NCBI GenBank assembly: GCA_001875255.1
Contig: MJAN01000004.1
Coordinates: forward strand, 3,316-67,315
Origin: Candidatus Sabulitectum silens
GTDB taxonomy: Bacteria; Fermentibacterota; Fermentibacteria; Fermentibacterales; JCC-6
DNA length: 64,000 bases
Direction: 5' to 3'
The notes under the pieces are model-generated. The model was not told the origin of the DNA, made no database searches, and saw only the letters and a list, made by a program, of their open reading frames with translations. Below are positions 35,019 through 44,575 of the stretch, piece by piece. Position 1 is the first letter of the stretch. Each line of letters starts with the position of its first letter. The position numbers were made by a program, and so were the translations under genes.

Positions 35019-37350
35019 CTACCTCTCCTGATTCCAGACCTCGGTGTCCCCGGGCATGAAGAGCCCCTGCTCCGGCCTTGGTATGCGGTACTCTCCCTTG
35101 AGGACCGTTCCGCATTCGGGACACTCGGCCATTCGTTCATTGACCACCGCGTCACAGACGGGACATATCCTGGCAAGCATGCCATCGACATATTCAACAA
35201 GTTCACCCGCCGTCACTATTCCATTTCCATCGGTATCCGCCGCCCCCTGGAAGCTTCCAGAAGCACCGGCGTAAGTATTCTCTCGCTAACGGACCTGTCC
35301 TCTCTGGCGGCGGTGACCACCAGAACATCATCACCGGGACGGAAGTCGTTCACAAGGCCTCCTGAATTACAGGCGTCGGCGAAGAGAAGCACCCCGCCGG
35401 GAAAACCCCGGAGGTGCTCAGCCAGGGCGTCGTCGGAGAGATCCTCATCGTAGAAGCACAGCACCTCATTAATGCCGTCGGCCTCTTCAGAGCCACCTGA
35501 ACCCGGAGCCTCCTGGCTTCCGTGGCCGCTATAGAAAACCACCAGGCGGTCTTCGGGACCGGCCCTTTCAGAGAGGCTCCCCACCGACCGGGTGAAAGCC
35601 TCCGAGGTGGCTTCGGCATCCACCAGAAGTATCATACGCCGGGGATCCACCCCCTGCTCGTCCCTGAGGAAACGGTACATATCAATGGCGTCCATGCTGG
35701 CCCTGAAGAGTATGTCCTCCATGGATCCATAGCCGCTGATCCCGACGATCACCGCCCAGGTTTCCGGCGCCGGGGTGCCCGGCGGGATGTCCTCGGTGGG
35801 TATCCTTTCAGCGGAAAGCCTGTATGTGCCTCTTCGTTCGGGGTGTAGGCATAGACCGTTATGCCGTAGAGTCCGGCTTCCCTGCAGTGGAGTGTAACCG
35901 ATTCATCCGCGGCGTTGTCGGAATTGCTGAGACCACCCTGGGCCTGAAGGGCATAACCGGGGCCGCTCACCAGCATGTCGAGGTCAAAGCTCCTCTGATC
36001 GCCGCGAAGCTCTATCACCAGTGTGTTCCCGGCCTCTCCGTTCAGGGAATAGTAACTGGTTCCCGGCGTGGTGTCATCCACCCGGCCACGCACCAGGCCG
36101 GCAACCGGTGTCGTCTCACTTTCGGTAACGAAGAGATCGAATGAACCGGCCATTCCCGGTGACATGAAGGATGGCGAAAGCCATACAGTGTCACCCTCTG
36201 ATACCCAGAAGCAGAAGCTTTCGTCGCCCCTCGGGGTGTTCATGACCACGGAGGGCTCACCGAAGCCGTCAAAGAGCCGGAGATCGCCGTCCCTGAGCTT
36301 GTCGAAAACCCCGGAGAATGTGTACAAACCGGACTCTTCCGGTGTGAAACCCAGCAGGTGCGATCCACCGAAGGCGGTCTCCCCGGTGTACTTCCTCCCG
36401 GGGACAAGCATGTCCCGAACACCTCCCAGGGAGAGTTGGAAGGGAAAGGACTCCGCCTCGGTGTCCAGCTGAAAGGGAAACACCTCCACCACCGTCGGCG
36501 AATCCCCCGGGGACAGCAGAACACACTCGGAGCTGAAATAGGTGGCGGCGGAGTAAATGGTTTCTCCGTGGCCGTCGGTAACATACATATCAAGGTCGCC
36601 CTCGCCGGTGAAGGTGAGTTCCAGAAGGGTTTCCCCGTTCAGTTCCGGCAGAAGGTACCGGTGAACATTCCCCGATGAGACGTCGGCGGTGAGTTTTTCC
36701 CCCAGAACAGGGAAATCCCCTGCTCTGGACATTTCAAGTGTGTAGTCGCCGCTTCCGCCTTTGTTGTACCTGGAAACCACCACCTGGATCTCTTCCCCGG
36801 TGAGGAGGTTGAAGGTGAGTTTCTCCGATGAAGTAACCCCGTAGCTGCCTGCCCAGAGTGTGTTGTCGCCGCTGTATATCTCCAGGTCGAGGTCCGCCAG
36901 CTCGTCGGTTCCGCCGAGGATGAAGTTCCACTTTCCGGAGGATCCCGGGCTGAAGGACCAGATCTCTGCCATTTCAGCGGCGGACAGGCTTGAGCTCACG
37001 CTGCCGCCGGTTATAAGAGATGGCTCCAGGTATTCAACGGTAAAGACCACATCCTCAGTGGAAGAGGCCTTGACCCAGAACCAGTAGTCGCTGTAGGCGG
37101 AGAGTACCAGGGGGGAACCGTCGGTGGAGACCGCCATGGGTTCGCCGGCGTCGTCGTAGGCGGTCATGGGTACCGCCGGACTGGAGCTTACTTGAAGGAC
37201 CGAGTACTCGGTTTCAAGTATCCTGAGCCAGCCGCAGCCATCGATGGTTGCACCGGCAACCACCGCCTCACCGCTGATGCCGGGTACGGAGGATGCGTCG
37301 GGGAGCACCGCCCCGAACATGGCAATAACCGCCATAACCAAAGTATTCAC
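35019..37350 (-). CDS. Secreted PPC-repeat + caspase-like (C14) peptidase + C-terminal zinc ribbon (frameshifts near 35830 and 35245)
   Basis: Signal peptide; repeated DLDL/DLDM motifs; a frame switch gives ...TYRLSAERIPTEDIPPGTPAPETWAVIVGISGY; FYSGHG and DACNSG; DTDGNG.VTAGEL; CxxC..CxxC. Confidence 0.8.
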
Positions 37351-38143
37351 GAAGAACCGCCCCTCGGAAAGCGTTGAAGATACTGAGCATTACTGGAAGC
37401 ACCTACGATAATATGATACAGAGGATCTGACAAAAGGCTAGAACTGCTGGGCGAAGGCACTGAAAGAAGGTTGGGAAAGCTCGGTATCCTTCCTCTCCCC
37501 GGAAACTGCAACCGCCAGGTCCCACAGGCAGAGAAGGGCATAGCCCTTCACCTTTCGCTGAAGGACACCACAACGGGCACGGAAGACTCCGCTACGGGTA
37601 CATGAAGACAGAGGGTTGCCTGCCCGGGTCGCCAGGCGTCGGGAAGCCTGTCTCCAGTGGGCCAGAGGGAAAAGACCAGTTTCAGGTGGGGGATGAGGGG
37701 TCCCGCCGTTCCAGGAGATCCAGGAATACCTCCATTTTACCGCCCAGGTGATGGATTGCCGCGCGGATCTGTGTGGGTGGTCTTACAGGATTGCCTCCCG
37801 GTTCAGGAAGGGAGGTTATGAAGTCTATGCCGTCCCTGCGCCGGTAACCGAGTTCCAAAAGTGCCGATGCCTCTCCGGCGCAGGCCCGAAGAAGCGCCGA
37901 GGCCCCGTTCCCGGGGAGAAAGGTGCTTGAAACCGATTCGTCGGTCCACAGGTTGACCTGTCTGTAGGTCTCCCTCACCCGCTCCCCCGCAGGTGTCCTG
38001 GAGATGTCAGAAACTATCTGTCGGACCCTTGGAAGCTGGGGAACCCTTACGGCGTTCCTGCCGGTGGAGGACCTGGAAACGGTGCGTCTGAAGAGCACTT
38101 CAAGATCTTCCAGTGTTTTTAGTTCAGCGGGGAATCTTACCAC
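37347..38143 (-). CDS. Hypothetical protein (probably one frameshifted gene)
   Basis: ORFs 37682..38143 and 37347..37541 fill the gap between coupled neighbours; no family recognised. Confidence 0.45.
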
Positions 38144-39027
38144 GGGTCTCTCCCTCTGGGATGGAATTTCCGTACCGCCTCGGAAAGCATCTTCCTGCTC
38201 ACGGAAGTATAAATCTCCGTGGTCCTTATGTCAGAGTGGCCTAGAAGTTCCTGGACAACCCTGAGATCAGCGCCCCCTTCAAGAAGGTGTGTGGCGAAGG
38301 AATGCCTGAGGGAATGGGGATGAACGGCGGTATCAATTCCGGCTTTCCGGGCCGAGGCGCGGACTATGTTCCAGACGGTCATCCTGGACAGAGGATTCCC
38401 GCTTCTGGTGAGGAACACGGTTCTCCCCGAGGCCCCGGAGGCCAGCAGGGGTCTGAAGCGGTCGAGATAGATACCCATCCAGTGAAGGGAAGGTTCACCC
38501 AGGGGGACCATCCTCTCCTTCGAACCCTTGCCCAGGGGCCTTACCCATGAGTCGTCGAAATTGAGCCTGTCCAAGGTCAATGAAACCAGTTCCCCCTCGC
38601 GAAGGCCGGAGCCGTAGGCGAGCTCCAGCAGGGCTCTGTTCCTCCCGGAGAGGGGATCTTCCCCATTCCATACCTCTATCAGGCGAAAAACCCTGTCCAC
38701 CGAAAGGGCATGGGGCATCCTCTTTTCTCCCCCTGGAGCCCTGAGCTTCACCGCGGGATTCTCCTCTATCAGGCCGGTTTCCAGAAGATAGCCGTAGAAT
38801 GACCTCAGAGTGGAAAGCTTCCTGGATATGGTGGCGGGGCTTCGCCCGGACCTTGAAAGGTGGAAGATCCATTCGTTGAGCATGCCGGTGTCCGCGGAGG
38901 CCAGCTCTCCCAGGAAGGCCTCAGCCTCGATCAGGTCAGATGAGTAGGCGGATATCGTGTTGGGTGAAAGGCTCCCCGCAAGGGCCGAACGGGCCAGGAA
39001 GGAATCGATCAGCTCACCGGTTTCCAT
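38137..39027 (-). CDS. xerD: Tyrosine recombinase XerD/XerC
   Basis: SPNTISAY.SDL, RKLSTLRSFY, RNRALLEL.YGSGLR..EL, GKGSKER.VP, HPHSLRHSFATHLLEGGADLR.VQELLGH.DI.TTEIYT. Confidence 0.9.
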   Translation of the reverse strand: METGELIDSFLARSALAGSLSPNTISAYSSDLIEAEAFLGELASADTGMLNEWIFHLSRSGRSPATISRKLSTLRSFYGYLLETGLIEENPAVKLRAPGGEKRMPHALSVDRVFRLIEVWNGEDPLSGRNRALLELAYGSGLREGELVSLTLDRLNFDDSWVRPLGKGSKERMVPLGEPSLHWMGIYLDRFRPLLASGASGRTVFLTRSGNPLSRMTVWNIVRASARKAGIDTAVHPHSLRHSFATHLLEGGADLRVVQELLGHSDIRTTEIYTSVSRKMLSEAVRKFHPRGRDPW

Positions 39028-40135
39028 TCATCCAGCCAAAAACGGATCTGTGTGCCGGGTTTGCCGGTGGGTTTTCACTGGCGGGTATCAGGGAAACGGG
39101 TACCCCCTTTTCTGACAGCCCCTTCAGTGTCACCAGGGCCTCGAAGCGGTCGGAGGATGCCCAAACGGCCACCGGCGCGATCTCAACCAGTTCGCCGCAT
39201 CTTTTCAAAGGAATGCCCAGGGCTTCAGACAGGACCTTTACAGCAGAAGCCTTCTGCCCCCGGGATACGGGATGGAGGAAGATGGGTACCGCCATCCCCG
39301 CAGGGGTTGCTTCCGGGGGCTGACCATGGGGGTCATGAACCGTTATCACCGGGGGGATACTTCTGCCTGGTACGGTGAACCTGACCGGATAGGGTTTTAA
39401 TGAAGGAACGGCATCTCCGGTTTCATCCGGGACAACGCCGGGCAACGGAATGTCCTTTTGCTCCGGGGGGGAAAAACATATCTCCCGGGGGACCTGGGAC
39501 ACCGGAAGGGACTCTGGAAGGGCATCACCTGCCCCGGGCGGAACATGGGGTGGGCTGCCCGGGGGTCCGTGGGAAGGAGGGGGTTCCTCAGGGGATTCAG
39601 GCCCGGGGACAACGGTTTCAACCGGTTCTTCCACAGCGGCCTCCGTGCCGGGAACATAGCCCTTCGCTGATTTTCTGTGGGGGTGTATCTCAACGATCCC
39701 CCCCTCCCTTTCCAGGGCATCCTTGATGGCTCTTGCGGTCTTGAGATCGATGGCTGATTTCAGGGCGATGGGAATGCTTGAAAGGAAATGTATGACTTCC
39801 TCGGTGGAGAGCCGGCTCATCCGCTGAAGGGCCACACGAAGCCTTCCCCGGCTTCCGGGGCGGTAACCCATCAGTACGGCGACCCAGGAATCCACTTCCC
39901 TCTGAACTGCAACCTCAACGGAACCGTCCGGGGGGAGATTGGAAACCAGCTCGTCGGCTTTTTCCCGGGACAGCCCCTCCTTCAGGATGAGTCCTTCCGG
40001 GAACCGGAGCATCCTCTTGACCGAATCGATGCTGTCACCGGTTCGGGCACACAGAAGGGCAAGCATCCTTCCGGAGGGTTCTTCACCCCGAAGTGTTATT
40101 TTGAATGACAAGTCGCTCTTTCCGGCCTCAGTCAA
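39014..40135 (-). CDS. Hypothetical protein with three ribosomal L7/L12 C-terminal-like domains and a Pro-rich linker
   Basis: For example WVAVLMGY..SRGRLRVALQRMSRLSTEEVIHFLSSIPIALKSAIDLKTARAIKDALEREGGIVEI. Confidence 0.6.
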   Translation of the reverse strand: MTEAGKSDLSFKITLRGEEPSGRMLALLCARTGDSIDSVKRMLRFPEGLILKEGLSREKADELVSNLPPDGSVEVAVQREVDSWVAVLMGYRPGSRGRLRVALQRMSRLSTEEVIHFLSSIPIALKSAIDLKTARAIKDALEREGGIVEIHPHRKSAKGYVPGTEAAVEEPVETVVPGPESPEEPPPSHGPPGSPPHVPPGAGDALPESLPVSQVPREICFSPPEQKDIPLPGVVPDETGDAVPSLKPYPVRFTVPGRSIPPVITVHDPHGQPPEATPAGMAVPIFLHPVSRGQKASAVKVLSEALGIPLKRCGELVEIAPVAVWASSDRFEALVTLKGLSEKGVPVSLIPASENPPANPAHRSVFGWMNGNR

Positions 40136-41134
40136 CCTGGCTTCTGGTGAGATAGAGCCTGTCCCCGGTCTCTATGAGGTTGGGGGTTCTGCTGCTGACT
40201 ATCATTGCGGCGCAGCTTCTGCTTTCGGTGGTGAGGACCACGAGGTCAGCGATGGGGATCTCCGCGGTGGTCACCCATTCATTGTTCACGTCCCTTACCT
40301 GGGTACCTGCGGCATAGGCTGTGAAGACATCCCCGGGCTTAAGGCCCTGCTGGTCCCCGGCGCTGAGATAGACCACATCGTAGGTGTAACCGGTGGTTCT
40401 GTCGGAGTCCCTGAAACCAAGCACCCAGAGTGAACCGCGATCCACATCGGGCTCGTTGTTCACCATGACGTCGCCGGCGGAACGGTATGGAACGACCATG
40501 TCGCCGGCTTCAACGGGAAGATAGCCGTGCTCGATCTTGGCAATGGATGTGGAGGGTGTGGTGCTTATCACCCTGCAGACACCGGCCACCCTGACTATTC
40601 TGCCCCTGTTGCCTGTTTCCGGGTCCCTAACCTCTTCCCCCCGCCTGAGTATGTGGAACACCCTGTCCACCTCGATGCCGTCGTCTGAACCGGTGTCAAT
40701 CTCAACGATGTCGCCGGGAAGAGCTCTCAGACGCCTGTAAACGCCCTCTTCCTCGGCATTGGTTTCCAGTATGTACCCCTCGGGGTCCAGTGGGGCGTAG
40801 GTGACGAAACCCGCACCCTCCTCTGGAGCCTGGAGAGCATGGGTTCGCTTGACCTTATAACGATGGCTCCGGCGGGCATTTCCGCGGTATAGGTGCTGGT
40901 GCCGGAGGTGGAATTCCCCGTATGCACGTCGGGAATGACAAGTACCATTCCGGGGAGAAGATACTCAGCGCCCCTGAGATCTGGATTGGCCTCGAGTATC
41001 TGGGTCCATTTGTGCGGATTGCCGTAGAACCAGGTGGCGATATCCCAAAGGGTATCACCGTAACCAACCTCGTAAACCCCGGCCTGTGAAGCAGCCGAGA
41101 GGAGGGCCATAGTAACCAACAGAGTATTCTTCAC
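40128..41134 (-). CDS. LysM peptidoglycan-binding periplasmic protein (frameshift near 40820)
   Basis: Signal peptide; YEVGYGDTLWDIATWFYGNPHKW..I..ANP....LLPG..L.IP; C-terminal beta domain (VVYL..G...GL.PGD). Confidence 0.85.
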
Positions 41135-41184
41135 CGGTTCACCTCCAGCTCACTTTTGAAATCACTAATATCATAACTTCATAA

Positions 41185-41214
41185 ATTCTAAACTCAGGCC
41201 GGGGTGAAAGTCAA
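41185..41214 (-). promoter_or_regulatory. Sigma70-type promoter for the LysM-xerD operon
   Basis: Minus strand TTGACT-N18-TAGAAT in an AT-rich gap. Confidence 0.6.
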
Positions 41215-41224
41215 CCTGCGCTGT

Positions 41225-41929
41225 TCACCGTGATGCGGGATAAAGAGCGGTCATTCCCCCCTGCCTGCCTCCCGAACCGGCTGTAACATGCACCGTGTAG
41301 AGCCCTCCTGTATCAATGCTGCCCCGGCGGGGAATGTTAACCGCCAGCATAAGGGGGCCGTCGGAGGGGGACTCACCCACCCAGCTGCCCCCGGCGGCAA
41401 CGGGAGAACCGGCTTCCCCGGCCTTGAAAACGAGCTGGCCCGAGGTTGCCCCGGGAACCAGCGCCACCGACGAGGAAAACCTCTCCTGTCCCTCGGGGGT
41501 TGAGGGTCCGGTTTCGGTGACCACGGTGCCCGAAGCGGTTATTGAGAGCATATCGCCGGCCTTCAGATCCATGCCGGTGTTCAGCCACTCCCCGGTGGCA
41601 CCCACCTGGTAGGATTCACTTCGGACCTCTGTTTCGCCCCAGAGGACCAGAATGACCGAATCACCCGGAAACTCCCGGGAACCGGCTCGAAACACTCCAT
41701 CGGCGTAGGTGATCATGCCGCTTGCCGTGGTGCCGTCAAAGAGCCATATCCTACCCTCTCCGGACACATCCGCAGTCCCCGAGTCGAAAACCGCCCTTCC
41801 GGAGGATATGCTCTGAAGACTGCCCTGAAGAACCCCGCCGTGGGGAAGCATGAGGACATCCCCGGTGCCCCTGAAACAGCCGGAGCCAAGGAGAAGAAAA
41901 AGGAACAGTGATGCTCTGAGCCTGGTCAT
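41225..41929 (-). CDS. Lipoprotein with a LecA/PA-IL-like galactose-binding-type C-terminal domain
   Basis: Lipobox LGSGC; V.A...WLNTG.DL..GD.L.I.ASG, G.L....G, G.L.LAVN. Confidence 0.55.
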   Translation of the reverse strand: MTRLRASLFLFLLLGSGCFRGTGDVLMLPHGGVLQGSLQSISSGRAVFDSGTADVSGEGRIWLFDGTTASGMITYADGVFRAGSREFPGDSVILVLWGETEVRSESYQVGATGEWLNTGMDLKAGDMLSITASGTVVTETGPSTPEGQERFSSSVALVPGATSGQLVFKAGEAGSPVAAGGSWVGESPSDGPLMLAVNIPRRGSIDTGGLYTVHVTAGSGGRQGGMTALYPASR

Positions 41930-44223
41930 GGTTTTCCTCCGGGTATCAGCTGTTTCATTGCGTGGTCGATGTCGGACACCGGTACGAAACACAGGGCTTC
42001 CCGCTGGGCGGAGGGTATTTCCTCGAGGTCCCTGGTGTTCTCCAGGGGAAGGACTACCTTCTCTATTCCAGCTGAAAGGGCTCCCAGTACTTTCTCCTTA
42101 ACGCCGCCAACGGGCAGAACCGCGCCCCGAAGGGTTATCTCCCCGGTTACCGCGGTTTTGTTGTCCACGGGTTTTCCGCTGAGAACGCTGAGTATTGAAG
42201 CGGCTATTGCCAGGCCGGCGGAGGGGCCGTCCTTGGGTGTTGCCCCTGCGGGCACATGCAGGTGGATATCCACCTTGGAGATGTCGCATATCTCACGGCT
42301 CCTGTTTGTCCGTATCCAGCTGAGGGCGGCCTGTGCCGATTCCTTCATTACCTCTCCCAGCTGTCCGGTGAGCATGAGTTTTCCGGTACCGGGAACCAGG
42401 ACCGTTTCGATCATGAGTATCTCGCCCCCGACAGCTGTCCAGGCGAGACCGGTGGAAACCCCAACGGTGGGCTTTTCCAGGCGTATCTCCCTTGTGAACT
42501 TCCATGATCCCAGGTAATCGGGTATCCTGGACTCGGTTATGGTAGCCAGGGCGTCCTTCCCCCCGGCCACAGTGACGGCGTGTTTCCTGCAGATGGAACC
42601 GATCTTCCTTTCCAGTTCACGGACGCCTGCCTCCCGGGTGTATCTTTTTACCAGGCACCTGAGGCCGCTCTCCATGAAACGGATGTCCCTGCCGGTAAGG
42701 CCGCTTCTCTCCACCTGCCTTTTCACCAGATACCGTTTGGCTATCTGTATCTTGTCATCTTCGGTATAGCCGGGTATCCTGATTATCTCCATGCGGTCCC
42801 TGAGGGGACCGGGAATGGTGTCCAGTGTGTTAGCCGTGGTGATGAACTTGACCGAGCTGAGGTTGAAGGGGGTGTTGAGGTAGTTGTCCCGGAAGGAAAA
42901 GTTCTGCTCGGGATCGAGGACCTCAAGCAGGGCGGATGTTGGGTCGCCCCGGAAATCCCTTCCTATCTTGTCTATCTCGTCAAGCATGAAGACCGGGTTG
43001 TTGGTGCCGGCTTCCTTCAAACCCTGTATTATTCTGCCGGGCATGGCTCCTATGTAGGTTTTCCTGTGGCCCCGTATCTCCGCCTCGTCGTGGACACCGC
43101 CGAGGCTGAGCCTGACGAATTTCCTGCCCAGGGACCTGGCTATGGACATTCCCATGCTGGTCTTGCCAACACCGGGGGGACCCACGAAACAGATGATAGG
43201 GGCCTTGCCCTCGGGGTTCAGCTTTCGAACAGCAAGGAACTCCAGTACCCTTTCCTTTACGTCCTTCAGGTCGTAGTGGTCCTGGTCGAGTATTCTGGCT
43301 GCCTCTGTGATGTCCAGGCGGTCCACGGTGCTCTCGAGCCAGGGGAGCTGCAGTATCCATTCGATGTAGTTCCTTGCCACACCTGCCTCGGGGGAACCGG
43401 GGTGAAGCTTGGCTATCCGCTTGAGTTCCTCTTCGGCGGCCTCCCGGGCGGAATCGGTGAGTTCCTTTTTCTCGAGTTTCTCGGAAAGCTCGATGAAGTC
43501 GGGGTTGGTCTGCCCTGAGCCCAGTTCCTTCTGGATCACCTTCATCTGTTCCTTGAGATAGTACTCTTTCTGGTCCTGCTCCATCTCCGTTCGTACCTGT
43601 CCCTCGATGTGCTCCCTGAGCTTCAGCCTCTGTATTTCGTAGTTCATCATGTTTCGAAGCAGCCTGAACCTGAGGATAATATTGTTCTCTTCCAGAAGCT
43701 TCTGCTTGCTGTCCACGGGGGCTTCAAGGCCGCTTGCAGCAACGAATCCCAGTCTTTCAGGATCCCGGAGGAGGGTTATCAGCTGAAGCTCGTCGGGTAC
43801 CCCCGGTGTAAGCTCCATTACCTTCCTCAGCTGCATTTCTATGGATTTTCGCCACGCCTCTATCTCGTCGGGGTCGTTGGGGAAAACCGTTGCAAGCCGC
43901 TCCACCCTTGCGGAGGGAATGCCGTGGACGTCGAGGTCCTCGATTATCCTGAAACGGTAAAGCCCCTTGAGGGTCAGTCTGACCACATCTCCGGGAAACC
44001 TGTACAGTTTCATTATTCCAGCAGCGGTACCCACCCGGTACCTTTCGCCGGAGGGGGAGAGCGCAACTATGCCTATTATCTTCTCGGAGCTTACCGCGTG
44101 ATCGATAAGGGCGATCATGTCCGGGTCGGTTACGGTTATGGGTAAAATGGTGTAGGGCATGAGTACGCCCTCGTCAAAAACATGAAGCGGAATAACTCCG
44201 GGTGTTTCCCCGTCTTTCATCAT
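41926..44223 (-). CDS. lon: ATP-dependent protease La
   Basis: GPPGVGKTS, DEAEIRGHRKTYIGAMPG, DEIDK, PKDGPSAG, GGVKEK; intact 765 aa. Confidence 0.97.
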   Translation of the reverse strand: MMKDGETPGVIPLHVFDEGVLMPYTILPITVTDPDMIALIDHAVSSEKIIGIVALSPSGERYRVGTAAGIMKLYRFPGDVVRLTLKGLYRFRIIEDLDVHGIPSARVERLATVFPNDPDEIEAWRKSIEMQLRKVMELTPGVPDELQLITLLRDPERLGFVAASGLEAPVDSKQKLLEENNIILRFRLLRNMMNYEIQRLKLREHIEGQVRTEMEQDQKEYYLKEQMKVIQKELGSGQTNPDFIELSEKLEKKELTDSAREAAEEELKRIAKLHPGSPEAGVARNYIEWILQLPWLESTVDRLDITEAARILDQDHYDLKDVKERVLEFLAVRKLNPEGKAPIICFVGPPGVGKTSMGMSIARSLGRKFVRLSLGGVHDEAEIRGHRKTYIGAMPGRIIQGLKEAGTNNPVFMLDEIDKIGRDFRGDPTSALLEVLDPEQNFSFRDNYLNTPFNLSSVKFITTANTLDTIPGPLRDRMEIIRIPGYTEDDKIQIAKRYLVKRQVERSGLTGRDIRFMESGLRCLVKRYTREAGVRELERKIGSICRKHAVTVAGGKDALATITESRIPDYLGSWKFTREIRLEKPTVGVSTGLAWTAVGGEILMIETVLVPGTGKLMLTGQLGEVMKESAQAALSWIRTNRSREICDISKVDIHLHVPAGATPKDGPSAGLAIAASILSVLSGKPVDNKTAVTGEITLRGAVLPVGGVKEKVLGALSAGIEKVVLPLENTRDLEEIPSAQREALCFVPVSDIDHAMKQLIPGGKP

Positions 44224-44573
44224 AGGTCGCTGTTTCCTTTGGACTGCACCGGTATCGAAACCCTTACAGGGACCTTTCTTTTCAGTCTGACATGGAGGAC
44301 CCCGGAACTCAGCCCGGCGGAAACCTCGGAGGTGTCCACCCGGGATGGAAGGTGTATCTCCCTTTCGAACATGCCCGTTTGAATTTCGATGCTCAGCGCG
44401 GTTGAACCCCGGGAGGGCGTTTTCTTCACGCCCCGGATCCGCAGGGTATGGGGGGTTACTTCAAGCTCGATGTCCTCGCGGTCAACACCGGGGACCTCGA
44501 TGAATACATCGAAGCCCTCCGGTGAACCGTAAATATCTGCGTGGAGTACCCAGTTGTCGGTATTCCTGTACAT
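44220..44573 (-). CDS. Hsp20/alpha-crystallin small heat-shock protein
   Basis: DIY....F....EVPGV..EDI, G.FER.I.LP..VD...V.A....GVL.V. Confidence 0.9.
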   Translation of the reverse strand: MYRNTDNWVLHADIYGSPEGFDVFIEVPGVDREDIELEVTPHTLRIRGVKKTPSRGSTALSIEIQTGMFEREIHLPSRVDTSEVSAGLSSGVLHVRLKRKVPVRVSIPVQSKGNSDL

Positions 44574-44575
44574 TT

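Noticed and set aside
38137-39027. Tyrosine recombinase as the integrase of a mobile element
   Set aside because: Typical chromosomal XerD/XerC sequence within a housekeeping operon; no att repeats, tRNA or phage/ICE genes seen
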